NCBI GenBank assembly: GCA_965247115.1
Contig: CBDFGR010000003.1
Coordinates: forward strand, 608,821 to 672,820
Source of the DNA: Myxococcota bacterium
GTDB lineage: Bacteria > Myxococcota_A > UBA9160 > SZUA-336
Direction of reading: 5' to 3'
Length of the DNA: 64,000 nucleotides
The notes beneath the pieces are model-generated. The model searched no databases, was not told where the DNA came from, and saw only the letters and a program-made list of their open reading frames with translations. Of the stretch, positions 28,905 to 37,396 are shown one piece after another (position 1 is the first letter of the stretch; each line of letters begins with the position of its first letter). A program made the translations under genes and the position numbers.

Positions 28905-30478
28905 ATCTGGCGGCCGTCCTTCGACCAGTAGCGGTCTCGCACTCGTCGGCGGTAGATCTTCCCCGCGTCCGTCCTGGGTAGGGCGGCATCGAAGTCGATG
29001 CTGCGGGGGCACTTGAAGTGAGCCAGGTGAGCGCGGCAGTGGTCGAGGAGATCACTTGCCAGGGCTTCGCTCGGATCTTGGCCTTCTGCCGGCTGCACCA
29101 CGGCCTTGACCTCCTCGCCCCATTCCTCGTTCGGGACGCCGACTGTTGCGACGTCGGCGACGGCCGGATGCAGCATCAGGGCTTCGTCGACCTCGGCCGG
29201 ATAGATATTGACGCCGCCCGAGATGATCAGCTCTGACGTGCGTCCGGTGAGGAAGACGTAGCCGTCCTCGTCCGTGTACCCCACATCTCCGAGCGTGAAG
29301 TAGTCCCCCGAGTAGGAGGACTCGGTCTTCTCGCGGTCCTTGAAGTACTCGAAGCGTCCCACTTCCGGGGCGCGGAAGTAGATCGTGCCGATCTCTCCGC
29401 TCGGAAGTTCTCGCCCATGGTCGTCGCGGACGTCGACCTGCTCTCCGCCAACAGGCTTACCAACGCTGCCGGGCTTCGTGAGCCATTCTTCCGAGCCGAT
29501 GAAGGTCCCTCCGCCCTCGGTGGCGGCGTAGTACTCCCAAAGGATCGGGCCCAGCCATTCGATCATCGCCTTCTTCACGTGCACGGGCGTCGGTGCTGCG
29601 CCGTGGATGATGCTGCGAAACGAGGAGAGGTCGTGGCGGGTCCGGATCTCTTCGGGCAGGGCCAGCAGGCGGTGGAACATGGTCGCCACCATGTGCGTGT
29701 GCGTCACGCGGTGCTCCTCGATCAGACGCAGCATCTCCGCAGGCTCCCACGAGTCCATGAGCACGCTGCCGATTCCGATCCCCAGGGGCATCGCGAGATT
29801 GAACGCGAGTGGAGCGGTGTGATAGAGCGGCCCGGTACAGATGACGCGATCCGTCTCGGGAGAGAAGGCGCAGGCCTTGATCACCTCGAGTCCCAGTCCC
29901 CCGATGGCAGCGGCCTCGCGCCGGTACACACCCTTGGGTCGGCCCGTCGTGCCCGACGTGTAGAGCATGGTGGTGCCAAGCGACGGATCGTCGATGTCCT
30001 CCATCGCTTCAGCGTCGAGAGCAGCGCGGTAGTCCTCGAAGCCGTCGATCGAACCGCCGAGCCCGAGCTTCACCCTGGCCGGCGCCGCAGCGGCTGCGCC
30101 CAGAGCGACGTCCGCAAAGCGAGCATCGGCGATGAACGCCTTCGCCTCGCAGTTGTCGACGATGTACGAGACCTCGTCCGCTTGCAGATGCCAGCTGATG
30201 CAGGTCAACCGAAAGCCCGCGCGCAGGACCCCGGCGAAGACCTCGGCGAACTCTGGCCGGTTCGAACACAGGAGAGCGACCGCGTCTCCGTTCCCGAGCC
30301 CGCGGGAGCGCAGCGCCCGGACCAGCTGATTGGCCTGCGCGTTGAGCTCCGCATAGCTGCGGTTCCCGTGGGGCGAGAAGATCGCGGTCCGCTCGGGGGC
30401 ATCCCGCGCGGTCAGCGCCACGCCCATGCCCACGGCCCCGGCTTCGAATGGATTCCGCCAGGTCTGCCCGCTCGCCAT
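28901..30478 (-). CDS. AMP-dependent acyl-CoA synthetase/ligase
   Basis: MLYTSGTTGRPKGV (AMP-binding motif), YFTLGDVGYTDEDGYVFLTGR, and GKIYRR at the C-terminus. Confidence 0.88.
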   Translation of the reverse strand: MASGQTWRNPFEAGAVGMGVALTARDAPERTAIFSPHGNRSYAELNAQANQLVRALRSRGLGNGDAVALLCSNRPEFAEVFAGVLRAGFRLTCISWHLQADEVSYIVDNCEAKAFIADARFADVALGAAAAAPARVKLGLGGSIDGFEDYRAALDAEAMEDIDDPSLGTTMLYTSGTTGRPKGVYRREAAAIGGLGLEVIKACAFSPETDRVICTGPLYHTAPLAFNLAMPLGIGIGSVLMDSWEPAEMLRLIEEHRVTHTHMVATMFHRLLALPEEIRTRHDLSSFRSIIHGAAPTPVHVKKAMIEWLGPILWEYYAATEGGGTFIGSEEWLTKPGSVGKPVGGEQVDVRDDHGRELPSGEIGTIYFRAPEVGRFEYFKDREKTESSYSGDYFTLGDVGYTDEDGYVFLTGRTSELIISGGVNIYPAEVDEALMLHPAVADVATVGVPNEEWGEEVKAVVQPAEGQDPSEALASDLLDHCRAHLAHFKCPRSIDFDAALPRTDAGKIYRRRVRDRYWSKDGRQI

Positions 30479-30584
30479 CTGGATCCCGTCCCCGCTCGCT
30501 CGAGTTTGCGGGATTCTAGCGCTAGCGAGGAGCCGCGGGGCCAGGTCGCGGCGCCCGGCCGGGGTCCCTTGACCGCCTGGCCTC

Positions 30585-30603
30585 GATATTGATATTCATT
30601 ATC
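30585..30603. promoter_or_regulatory. candidate Fur box
   Basis: GATATTGATATTCATTATC matches the 19-bp consensus GATAATGATAATCATTATC at 17/19. It is an isolated AT-rich patch in GC-rich DNA, 130 nt upstream of the porin gene. Confidence 0.6.
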
Positions 30604-30732
30604 AGTATCGTATCAGAGGAAGTCATGGCGTGACGTCGCGGACGCTCCTCTCGTTTCCGGGGCCAGAGGTCCAGCGAGATCCAGAGCCCAAGAGCGCGCG
30701 ACCGACCGCCGCGCCTCACGGAGGGAACTCGC

Positions 30733-32064
30733 ATGGGCCGGAACCGAGGACTGAATTGGACACTGTGGGCGCTGTTGTCGTGCTCGCTATGCGTCGCCAC
30801 CGTGCGCGCAGACGAGCTCTCGCAGCGCGAGCTGGCACAGCAGGACCAGATTGCAGAGCTGGCACAGCAGCTCTCGATCGTGGTCGACGAGGTGGCCCGA
30901 CTTCGTACCCAGCTGGCGGTGCCCGAGGAGGATACGGAGCTGGAGAGCGTCCACGGGCTGGGTCCGGCCGCGTCGAAGGTCTACGGCATCGGGCGCGGGC
31001 TCTCGCTGGGCGGCTACGCCGAGGGTGTGTACACGAACCAGATTGGCGACGCGGACGGGAACGGCGAGGCCACCGCGGACATGCTGCGCATGGTCCTCTA
31101 CACGGGCTACAAGTTCACGGACAGCCTCGTCTTCAATACAGAGCTCGAGTTCGAGCACGCGGGCACCGGAGGTGGGGGCGACGTGTCGGTCGAGTTCGCG
31201 GCGCTCGACTACCTGGTTCACCCAGCGCTGAACTTCCGCGGCGGGCTCGTGCTCGTGCCCATGGGCTTCGTGAACGAAGTGCACGAGCCGCCGTTCTTCT
31301 TCGGCACCCAGCGACCGAGTCCCGAGCAAGCGATCATCCCCAGCACCTGGCGCGAGAACGGTGTAGGGGTTTACGGGCAGCTGGGCGAGGGCCGGCTGAA
31401 GTACCGGGCTTATGCCGTGAACGGGTTCGATGCCTCCGGCTTCACGAGCTCCGGGCTGCGCGGAGGCCGCCAGAAGGGCAGCCGGGCAAAGGCGAACGAT
31501 CTCGCCGTGGTCGGACGCATCGACTTCGAGCCTCTGTCGGGCTGGCTGGTCGGGGCGTCCTACTATCAGGGCGACTCGGGCCAGGATCAGGACTACATGC
31601 AGACCAGCGGCACCAGCGTGGCGCTGCCCGACGTGCGAACCCGCATCTGGGAGGTCCACAGCGAGCTCCGGCGCGGCCCACTCTTCGCCCGCGCGCTCTG
31701 GGCGCAGGCAGACATGAGCGACGCGGGAGAGCTCAGCACGGCCCTCCAGCTGCCCTCGAACAGGCCTGTGGCCAGCAGCATGGTCGGCGGGTACGCAGAG
31801 GTCGCGTACGACTTGATGCAGCTCATTTCTCCAGGCTCGGAGAGGGAGCTCCTGCCATTCTTCCGGTTCGAGTACACCGACACACAGCAGGATGTTCCGC
31901 GTGGCTTCACACGGGACCGTCGGCAGCCGCGGCGCCTCTTCATTCCGGGCTTACAGTTCAAGCCGATCCCGCAGGTCGTGCTCAAGCTCGACTACCGCAT
32001 CATCGACAACTGGGACGGGAGTGCTGCAGATGAGCTCAGCGTGGGCTTCGGGCTGGTCTTCTAG
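30733..32064 (+). CDS. outer-membrane beta-barrel porin-like protein with an N-terminal coiled coil
   Basis: Signal peptide (...CVATVRA/DE), heptad-like QRELAQQDQIAELAQQLS, alternating beta-strand pattern, and a C-terminal ...SVGFGLVF aromatic terminus. Confidence 0.7.
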   Translation: MGRNRGLNWTLWALLSCSLCVATVRADELSQRELAQQDQIAELAQQLSIVVDEVARLRTQLAVPEEDTELESVHGLGPAASKVYGIGRGLSLGGYAEGVYTNQIGDADGNGEATADMLRMVLYTGYKFTDSLVFNTELEFEHAGTGGGGDVSVEFAALDYLVHPALNFRGGLVLVPMGFVNEVHEPPFFFGTQRPSPEQAIIPSTWRENGVGVYGQLGEGRLKYRAYAVNGFDASGFTSSGLRGGRQKGSRAKANDLAVVGRIDFEPLSGWLVGASYYQGDSGQDQDYMQTSGTSVALPDVRTRIWEVHSELRRGPLFARALWAQADMSDAGELSTALQLPSNRPVASSMVGGYAEVAYDLMQLISPGSERELLPFFRFEYTDTQQDVPRGFTRDRRQPRRLFIPGLQFKPIPQVVLKLDYRIIDNWDGSAADELSVGFGLVF

Positions 32065-32614
32065 GCTGGGCGCGCTGCTTGTACTGGCGCTGCTGGGGCC
32101 TGCTGCCAGCGCGGGCGCCACGGTCTTCCACAGCCAGCGCGCCGCGCTAGAGCTCGCGTTTCCGGCTGCGGACCGCATCGAACGGCGCAACCTCATCCTG
32201 ACCGACTCACAGGCAGAGGCGATTCAGAGCCGTGCGCGCGCGCCTCTCGACTCGCGCATCGTGACGCTTCACGTTGGCTGGCGCACGAACGAGCTGCTTG
32301 GCTACGCGGTGATCGAGGTCCACACCGTGCGAACACTCCCCGAGGCCCTGATGACCGTGCTCGCGCCCGACGGACGTGTGCGCTCGGTGCGCGTGCTCGC
32401 CTTCTACGAGCCCGTCGATTACCTGCCCCCGGGCCGCTGGCTCGCGCAATTCGACGAGAAGCGTCTGGGCCCGGCTCTGCAGCTCAAGCGCGACATCCAC
32501 GCGATCGCGGGGGCCACGCTCTCCGCCCGAGCCGCCACGCGCAGCGTGCGCCGGGCACTCGCGTTCTACGAGGTCCTGATCGCAGAGCCGGCTCCCCGAG
32601 TCACGGGGGACTAG
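32030..32614 (+). CDS. periplasmic FMN-binding (FMN_bind) domain protein
   Basis: Signal peptide ...LLGPAASA/GA. DIHAIAGATLSARA matches the D-x-x-(S/A)-G-A-T flavinylation motif (Thr codon 32516-32518). Start at ATG 32030 is uncertain. Confidence 0.65.
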   Translation: MSSAWASGWSSRLGALLVLALLGPAASAGATVFHSQRAALELAFPAADRIERRNLILTDSQAEAIQSRARAPLDSRIVTLHVGWRTNELLGYAVIEVHTVRTLPEALMTVLAPDGRVRSVRVLAFYEPVDYLPPGRWLAQFDEKRLGPALQLKRDIHAIAGATLSARAATRSVRRALAFYEVLIAEPAPRVTGD

Positions 32615-32615
32615 C

Positions 32616-33137
32616 TTGCGCTTCGTGGTGACCGGTGAGTGGAGCCGCAACCGGCTTCTGCACGTCATCGTTGTGCTCTACGCCGTCTACGTGGCCGGCC
32701 TCTGGCTCACGAACGCCCTGCTCTACTTCGCCAAGATGGGGCTCACGTACGGCTCGGTCGTCCAGTACTACCTCGGCGCGGAGGAGCTCTTCCGACCCGC
32801 CCGCAGCTACCAGGGCATGCTCGAGGTTTCGCACTTCCACCTCTTCGCAATGGGCATGCTCCTGCTCGTCCTGACCCACCTGATGCTCTTCGTTCCGATC
32901 GGGACGCGTGCCAAAGTCACCTTGATCGTCGTTCCCTTCCTCTCCGCCGCGCTCGACGAGGGCGCGGGCTGGGCCGTGCGCTTCGTGAGCCCGCTGTTCG
33001 CCTACCTGAAGATCGGGGGCTTTCTGCTGCTCCAGACCAGCCTCGCTGCGCTGATCGGGATCTCGCTGTGGTCGGTCTTCTGGGGGTCGACCGAGGAGTA
33101 CATCAGCGGAGAGTTCCCCGACCTCGACGACGAGTGA
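32616..33137 (+). CDS. uncharacterised 4-TM membrane protein with conserved-looking histidines
   Basis: Four hydrophobic helices. EVSHFHLFAMGMLLLVLTHL motif. Start codon is TTG. Confidence 0.55.
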   Translation: MRFVVTGEWSRNRLLHVIVVLYAVYVAGLWLTNALLYFAKMGLTYGSVVQYYLGAEELFRPARSYQGMLEVSHFHLFAMGMLLLVLTHLMLFVPIGTRAKVTLIVVPFLSAALDEGAGWAVRFVSPLFAYLKIGGFLLLQTSLAALIGISLWSVFWGSTEEYISGEFPDLDDE

Positions 33138-34180
33138 GACCGCTCGGCGCCGCGGGAGTGCTGGCGCTGCTGGCGTGCGCGCCCACGGAGTCGCTCGCAC
33201 CCGAGCCCCTGAGTGACGGGCGCTACATGATGGGGACCGTTCTCGAGATCAAGCTGCTGGGAGGAGACCGCGCGCTCCTCGATGCCCTGTTCTCGCGCGT
33301 GGAGGAGCTCGAGTCCCTGGTCTCGAGCTATCGCCCCGACAGCGACGTGTCGCGGCTCTCTGCGGCGGCGGGTGGGGGGCCCCAGCCGGTGCACGCCGAG
33401 GTGGCGCGTCTGCTCGAAGCCTGCGTCGGATACACGGAGCTCACACACGGAAGCTTCGACGTAACGGTAGGGCCGCTTGTGGAGCTCTGGACCGACGCGG
33501 GGCGGAAGGGGCTGCGTCCCGTTTCAGACCTGCTTGCGCGTACCCGCACCCGTGTGGGCGCCGACAAGCTCCGGATCGATCGGGGCGCCATGACAGCAGA
33601 GCTCCTGGAGCCAGGCATGAAGGTCGATGTCGGCGGCATCGCGAAGGGAACCGCAACCGACGCGCTTGCCTCCCTGCTAGAGGGCACGGATGTGGTAGCC
33701 GCGCTCATCGACTTTGGCGGCAGCAGCCTTCATGCACTCGGCGCTCCTTCGGGAGAGCCCGGCTGGCGCGTGCTGCTGCGGGACGGCTCAGGCGGCTTCG
33801 CCGGAATCGTCACGCTACGCGACCAGGCGCTCTCGGTTTCGTCGAGCCTCGCCCAGTTCGTCGAGATCGAAGGCGTCCGCTACGGCCACGTGCTCGACCC
33901 CCGGAGCGGCGAGCCCTTGCGCGAGCGGCGGCTCGCCACCGCGGTCGCTTCCTCGGGCGAGCTGGCGGAGGCGTTGACCAAGGCGCTCCTCGTGCTCGCT
34001 GAGGCCGAGGCGCTGGCACTGGTCGAGAGCATCGAGGACGCGGAGGCCCTCCTGATCGACGAAGCAGGGCGCCGCAGCAGCACGAGCGGCTTCGAGCAGG
34101 CCGTGCGCTTCGAGCCCACCACCAGCTCCAGCAACGCGGTCCCCCTTCCAGGGTGGCGCTCCCAGACGAGCAGACCCTAG
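33134..34180 (+). CDS. apbE: FAD:protein FMN transferase ApbE (lipoprotein)
   Basis: GTG at 33134 overlaps the upstream TGA. LALLAC lipobox. MMGTVLEI, SDVSRLS, GSFDVTVGPL, VDVGGIAKG and HVLDPRSGEP. Confidence 0.85.
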   Translation: MRPLGAAGVLALLACAPTESLAPEPLSDGRYMMGTVLEIKLLGGDRALLDALFSRVEELESLVSSYRPDSDVSRLSAAAGGGPQPVHAEVARLLEACVGYTELTHGSFDVTVGPLVELWTDAGRKGLRPVSDLLARTRTRVGADKLRIDRGAMTAELLEPGMKVDVGGIAKGTATDALASLLEGTDVVAALIDFGGSSLHALGAPSGEPGWRVLLRDGSGGFAGIVTLRDQALSVSSSLAQFVEIEGVRYGHVLDPRSGEPLRERRLATAVASSGELAEALTKALLVLAEAEALALVESIEDAEALLIDEAGRRSSTSGFEQAVRFEPTTSSSNAVPLPGWRSQTSRP

Positions 34181-34191
34181 ACTCGCCCCTG

Positions 34192-34610
34192 CTGGAGGTG
34201 GATGGAGGACTGCTGCCGAGCCGTTCGCGGCGCGGGAGAGGAAAGTCCGGGCTCCGTAGGGCAGGAAGGTGGCTAACGACCACCCGAGGTGACTCGAGGG
34301 AAAGTGCCACAGAAAACACACGGCCCACCCCCGCCCGAGAGGGCGGGGCGGCAAAGGTGAAAACGTGGGGTAAGGGCCCACGCGCGACAGCCGGGTGACC
34401 GGCGGCGAGGTAAACCCCTTCCGGAGCAAGCTCAAATAGGGGCGCAAACGGCCGGCCCGTCCGATGCGTTCGGCCTCCACGCGAGGCGGGGCGCGCGCGC
34501 CCGGGTCAGAGTGCTCGAGCCCGTCGGTAACGGCGGGCCTAGACGAATGGTCCTCCAGGGGAACACGGCAACGTGTCCCCGGACAAAACCCGGCTTACAG
34601 TCCACTCCCG
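34192..34610 (+). ncRNA. rnpB: RNase P RNA (bacterial type A)
   Basis: GAGAGGAAAGTCCGGGCTCCGTAGGGCAGG (core at 34240-34255), GAAAGTGCCACAGAAAA and ACAAAACCCGGCTTACAG. The 5'/3' ends can pair (P1). Ends are approximate to about 10 nt. Confidence 0.88.
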
Positions 34611-34626
34611 TCCTGGTTTGCAGGGC

Positions 34627-34675
34627 GGGACCCGGCGGAAGGAAGCTGAGAAATCGGCCACTTCCGCCGGGCTCC
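34627..34675 (+). other. strong hairpin (14 of 15 bp, 19-nt loop) downstream of rnpB
   Basis: GGGACCCGGCGGAAG ... CTTCCGCCGGGCTCC. No U-tract follows. A second 8-bp hairpin lies at 34684-34705. Confidence 0.6.
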
Positions 34676-34939
34676 GGCACCCGTTGCTGGTCACTGTACC
34701 AGCAAATCGAGGGATTTGGACCCCGGAGGTGACGCTACTGGACTTCTGCACTGGACGAAGCGCCGGGTCGGGGGAGGCGGCTCTGGCTATTCCGCTCCCG
34801 CTCAATGGCCGGCCCTACAGCACCGACGCCGGTGAAGCCGCGGCTGCGATGACAGGAAGGCGGGGCCGTCGTCGTTCGGGTCGTGGGTGCGGAGTCTGTA
34901 CAAACGGGCCGGGCGTGACGAGCCTGACAAACGCGCCGA

Positions 34940-36502
34940 TCAGTAACCCGGGCCGAGCATCGTGAGGTGCAGTGCCGCCCATCGGCGTCCGTCCACCCCG
35001 AGGAGCTCGTTCAGGTCGTCGTCCCGGTAGGCGGCCAGGTTGCGCGCGGCCAGGCCGAGCGCCTCGGCGGCGAGGTAGATCCGCTGGCCGACGCCGCCCG
35101 CCTCGAGCAGGAGATCGCGGTAGCTGCGGTCGCCCGCGCGGGCACGCGCGCGTTCGAGCCCGCCGACCATCACGAAGGCGACCGCGGCGCTTCCGGCCTT
35201 TTCCTGTCCCAGGCAGGCGTCGACCAGCCGCTCGCGCAGATCGCCGCTCCGCAGCGGCGAGAGTCGACCTGCTTGCGCAGCGTAGCGATAGAGACCGGCA
35301 TCGAGTCCCGAGACGCAGTGCGCGACTAGGTAGAGCGCGACGTCTGGGCTGCGCTCGAGGCCGGGATTTCTCTGCGTCGCCTCAAGCACGAAGTCGAGCT
35401 GGGAGCGCGCGACGGGTCCGGACTCGAAGCGGCGCGCCGAGCGACGCACGCGAATGCTCTCCTCGACGGAGGTCGCGGGCGCGCTCGCCGCGCGGGCCAG
35501 CGCCTTCCGCGCGCCCCCCTTGTCGGCCGCGGCCCCTCCACCCTTGGAGCTCGGGGGGGCCTTGGAGCTCGCGGGCACGAGCTTCGTCGCCTCGTGGTAG
35601 CGCTCGGGCACGGTTGCCCTTCCCGGGTGGTCCGCCTGCCCCTTCTCGCCGAGCGCGACTGCGAGCTCGTCTTGCGCGGGCCCTTCGCTGGCTGGTGCGC
35701 CGAGTGCGTGCAGCGCGCACACCGCCTCGCCCGTCCCGGCGACTCCCAGAAGCGCGCCCAGCCGGTCGTCAAGGAAGCGGAGCCAGGAGCGCTCCGCGAG
35801 GCCCGCCGAGTGTGCGGCCAGGCGCAGGTTCTCGCCGATGTGTCCCGAGTCGATCAGCGCGTAGCGATAGCCCCGGTTGGCGTAGCGCCACGTGTAGCGG
35901 GCGAAGACGTTGGTGAGGACCACGCATGCCGCGGCACCCTGGAGCGAGGCCGGCCGCTCGAGGCAGCCCGCCGCCTCGGCGAGGCGCGCGCCCTTCTCGA
36001 GTCGGAGCAGCGCATGCTCGCGAACCGAGTAGTAGTAGACGCCGGGGGCCAGACCCTCGACCCTCTCCGCGACGACGTACACCTCACCTGCGTAGAGCGC
36101 GCCCGCCGAGGGAGCGGCCCGGAGCGCGCGCCCTCCCCGCGGCGCCCGCCCGGTCACGCCGTTGGTCAGGTGAAGAACGCGCGCCAGCCGCGCAAGCAGA
36201 ACGGGCTCGGCGCGGAATCCCGGCGCCGGCGCGAACCCGCGCACGGCCTCGGCGAGCGACAGTCCTTGCTCGTCGCCGGGGGCTGGCAGCGCCTGGCGCT
36301 GCGCGCGGGGGTAGGACTTGTAGGGCCGGGGGAGCCCGCGAAGCCGCGGGCGCCTTACGCCCAGGGCGCCCAGGCGCGTGTTGCGGGTGGCGCGGTGGAC
36401 CTCGAGCGCGAGGTTCTCGCCCTCGGTCGCCCCGCTCGCGAACCACGCGAAGCCGCCCGCTACGAGGCGAAAGAAGCCTCGGCGGCGGATCTGCACGCCC
36501 AC
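34940..36502 (-). CDS. SagB/ThcOx-type dehydrogenase, two nitroreductase-like domains, twin-arginine signal
   Basis: IRRRGFFRLVAGG is a Tat motif. APSAGALYAGEVYVV...YRYALIDSGHIGENL is the SagB-type domain. The second domain has RRSARRF...LLLEAGGVGQRIYL. Confidence 0.7.
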   Translation of the reverse strand: MGVQIRRRGFFRLVAGGFAWFASGATEGENLALEVHRATRNTRLGALGVRRPRLRGLPRPYKSYPRAQRQALPAPGDEQGLSLAEAVRGFAPAPGFRAEPVLLARLARVLHLTNGVTGRAPRGGRALRAAPSAGALYAGEVYVVAERVEGLAPGVYYYSVREHALLRLEKGARLAEAAGCLERPASLQGAAACVVLTNVFARYTWRYANRGYRYALIDSGHIGENLRLAAHSAGLAERSWLRFLDDRLGALLGVAGTGEAVCALHALGAPASEGPAQDELAVALGEKGQADHPGRATVPERYHEATKLVPASSKAPPSSKGGGAAADKGGARKALARAASAPATSVEESIRVRRSARRFESGPVARSQLDFVLEATQRNPGLERSPDVALYLVAHCVSGLDAGLYRYAAQAGRLSPLRSGDLRERLVDACLGQEKAGSAAVAFVMVGGLERARARAGDRSYRDLLLEAGGVGQRIYLAAEALGLAARNLAAYRDDDLNELLGVDGRRWAALHLTMLGPGY

Positions 36503-36559
36503 AAGTCTAGACCATGTGGAGCGACCGGCTCTGTTCGTAATCTTCGTGCTCTAGGCACA

Positions 36560-36838
36560 GGGGGTGAAGACGTATGGAGGCGGCGACCGGGGCTGGCGGG
36601 TACGTGGACTTCGAGCGCTACCAGGCCCCTAACGGCCTACAAGGTGCCCGCCAGCTCATACGGGTGCCGTGTGCTGCGCGCGAGGCGGCAGCTTGGTGAT
36701 CACCAGGACATCGGTCTAGTCCAAATGGACTTCCTGACCACTGACGAGCTCCAGCGGGCCGTGCGACTGAACGCGAGCGCCCTCGGGGACCGCGAGCGCC
36801 AACGACGGACGCGGGTTCGATTCCCGCCGCCTCCACCA
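36560..36838 (+). ncRNA. ssrA: tmRNA (ssrA); the 3' tRNA-like domain is certain, the 5' end and tag region are uncertain
   Basis: GGACGCGGGTTCGATTCCCGCCGCCTCCACCA at the 3' end. GGGGGTG at 36560 pairs with it and gives G3:U70. The body is only 279 nt and I could not find a canonical tag ORF. Confidence 0.7.
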
Positions 36839-36976
36839 TCGAACAGGCTCGAATCACCTTCCGGTCTGCCATCCTGGAGACAGCTGTCGCCCCGCGCTCG
36901 GAGGGCCCCGGGCGACCGACGCCCGAGGTGTGGTAGAAGTTCGAAGCTCGGCCGCGAGCCGATTCAGAGGGATGCA

Positions 36977-37396
36977 ATGGAGTTCTCACGCGTTGCGAGG
37001 ACCGTCGGATTCGGGCTCCTCGCGTATGTGGCGTTGGTCGTCGTATTCGAGACGTGGCTCGGGGTCCTGCAGCCCGACATCGGGGACACCATCGTCATCA
37101 CGACGACAAATGCCGATGGCGTCTCGACCGACCGCGTGCTCGGGCGCGACTTTGCCGGCGGAAAGCACTATGCATCGGCGAACCACTGGCCACGCGCCTG
37201 GTACAACAACGCACTGGAGAACCCGCGCGTACAGGTGACCATGGACGGAACGACTGCCGACTACATCGCTGTTCCCGTCGACGACGAAGAGCACGAACGG
37301 GTGGCGGCGGAGATCGGAAACGGGATCGTGTTCAAGATCATGGTCGGGTTCGCACCGCAGCGATTCCTGCGCCTTGATCCCGTCGAGAGCCGATAA
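36977..37396 (+). CDS. DUF385 / deazaflavin-dependent nitroreductase-like protein with an N-terminal TM helix
   Basis: IVITTTNADGVSTDRV...WPRAWYNNALENPRVQVTMDG...VPVDDEEHERV parallels the Ddn-family pattern. Only the last 139 codons of the 600-aa ORF are credible. Confidence 0.5.
   Translation: MEFSRVARTVGFGLLAYVALVVVFETWLGVLQPDIGDTIVITTTNADGVSTDRVLGRDFAGGKHYASANHWPRAWYNNALENPRVQVTMDGTTADYIAVPVDDEEHERVAAEIGNGIVFKIMVGFAPQRFLRLDPVESR

Noticed and set aside
30630-32033. 467-aa plus-strand ORF in an alternative frame of the porin gene
   Set aside because: The product is extremely Arg/Gly/Ala-rich. The 30733 frame has a signal peptide, a beta-strand periodicity and a C-terminal aromatic residue.
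34627-34675. SRP (4.5S) RNA, suggested by CCCGGCGGAAGGAAGC resembling GUCCGGAAGGAAGCAGCC
   Set aside because: The flanks form a near-perfect 15-bp hairpin with a 19-nt loop, which is incompatible with the domain IV symmetric-loop fold. I could find no long closing helix. This needs a covariance-model scan to be definitive.
36577-36586. GGAGGCGGCG as the 5' acceptor strand of tmRNA (perfect 10-bp pairing with the 3' end)
   Set aside because: It would give A3:U70 instead of the G3:U70 identity pair required for alanylation. GGGGGTG at 36560 gives G3:U70 and pairs perfectly with the distal, presumably ancestral, att copy.
35594-36976. Upstream 460 codons of the 600-aa plus-strand ORF 35594-37396
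   Set aside because: This part is antisense to the SagB-type gene and reads straight through the tmRNA gene. Only the last 139 codons, from ATG 36977, look like a real protein.
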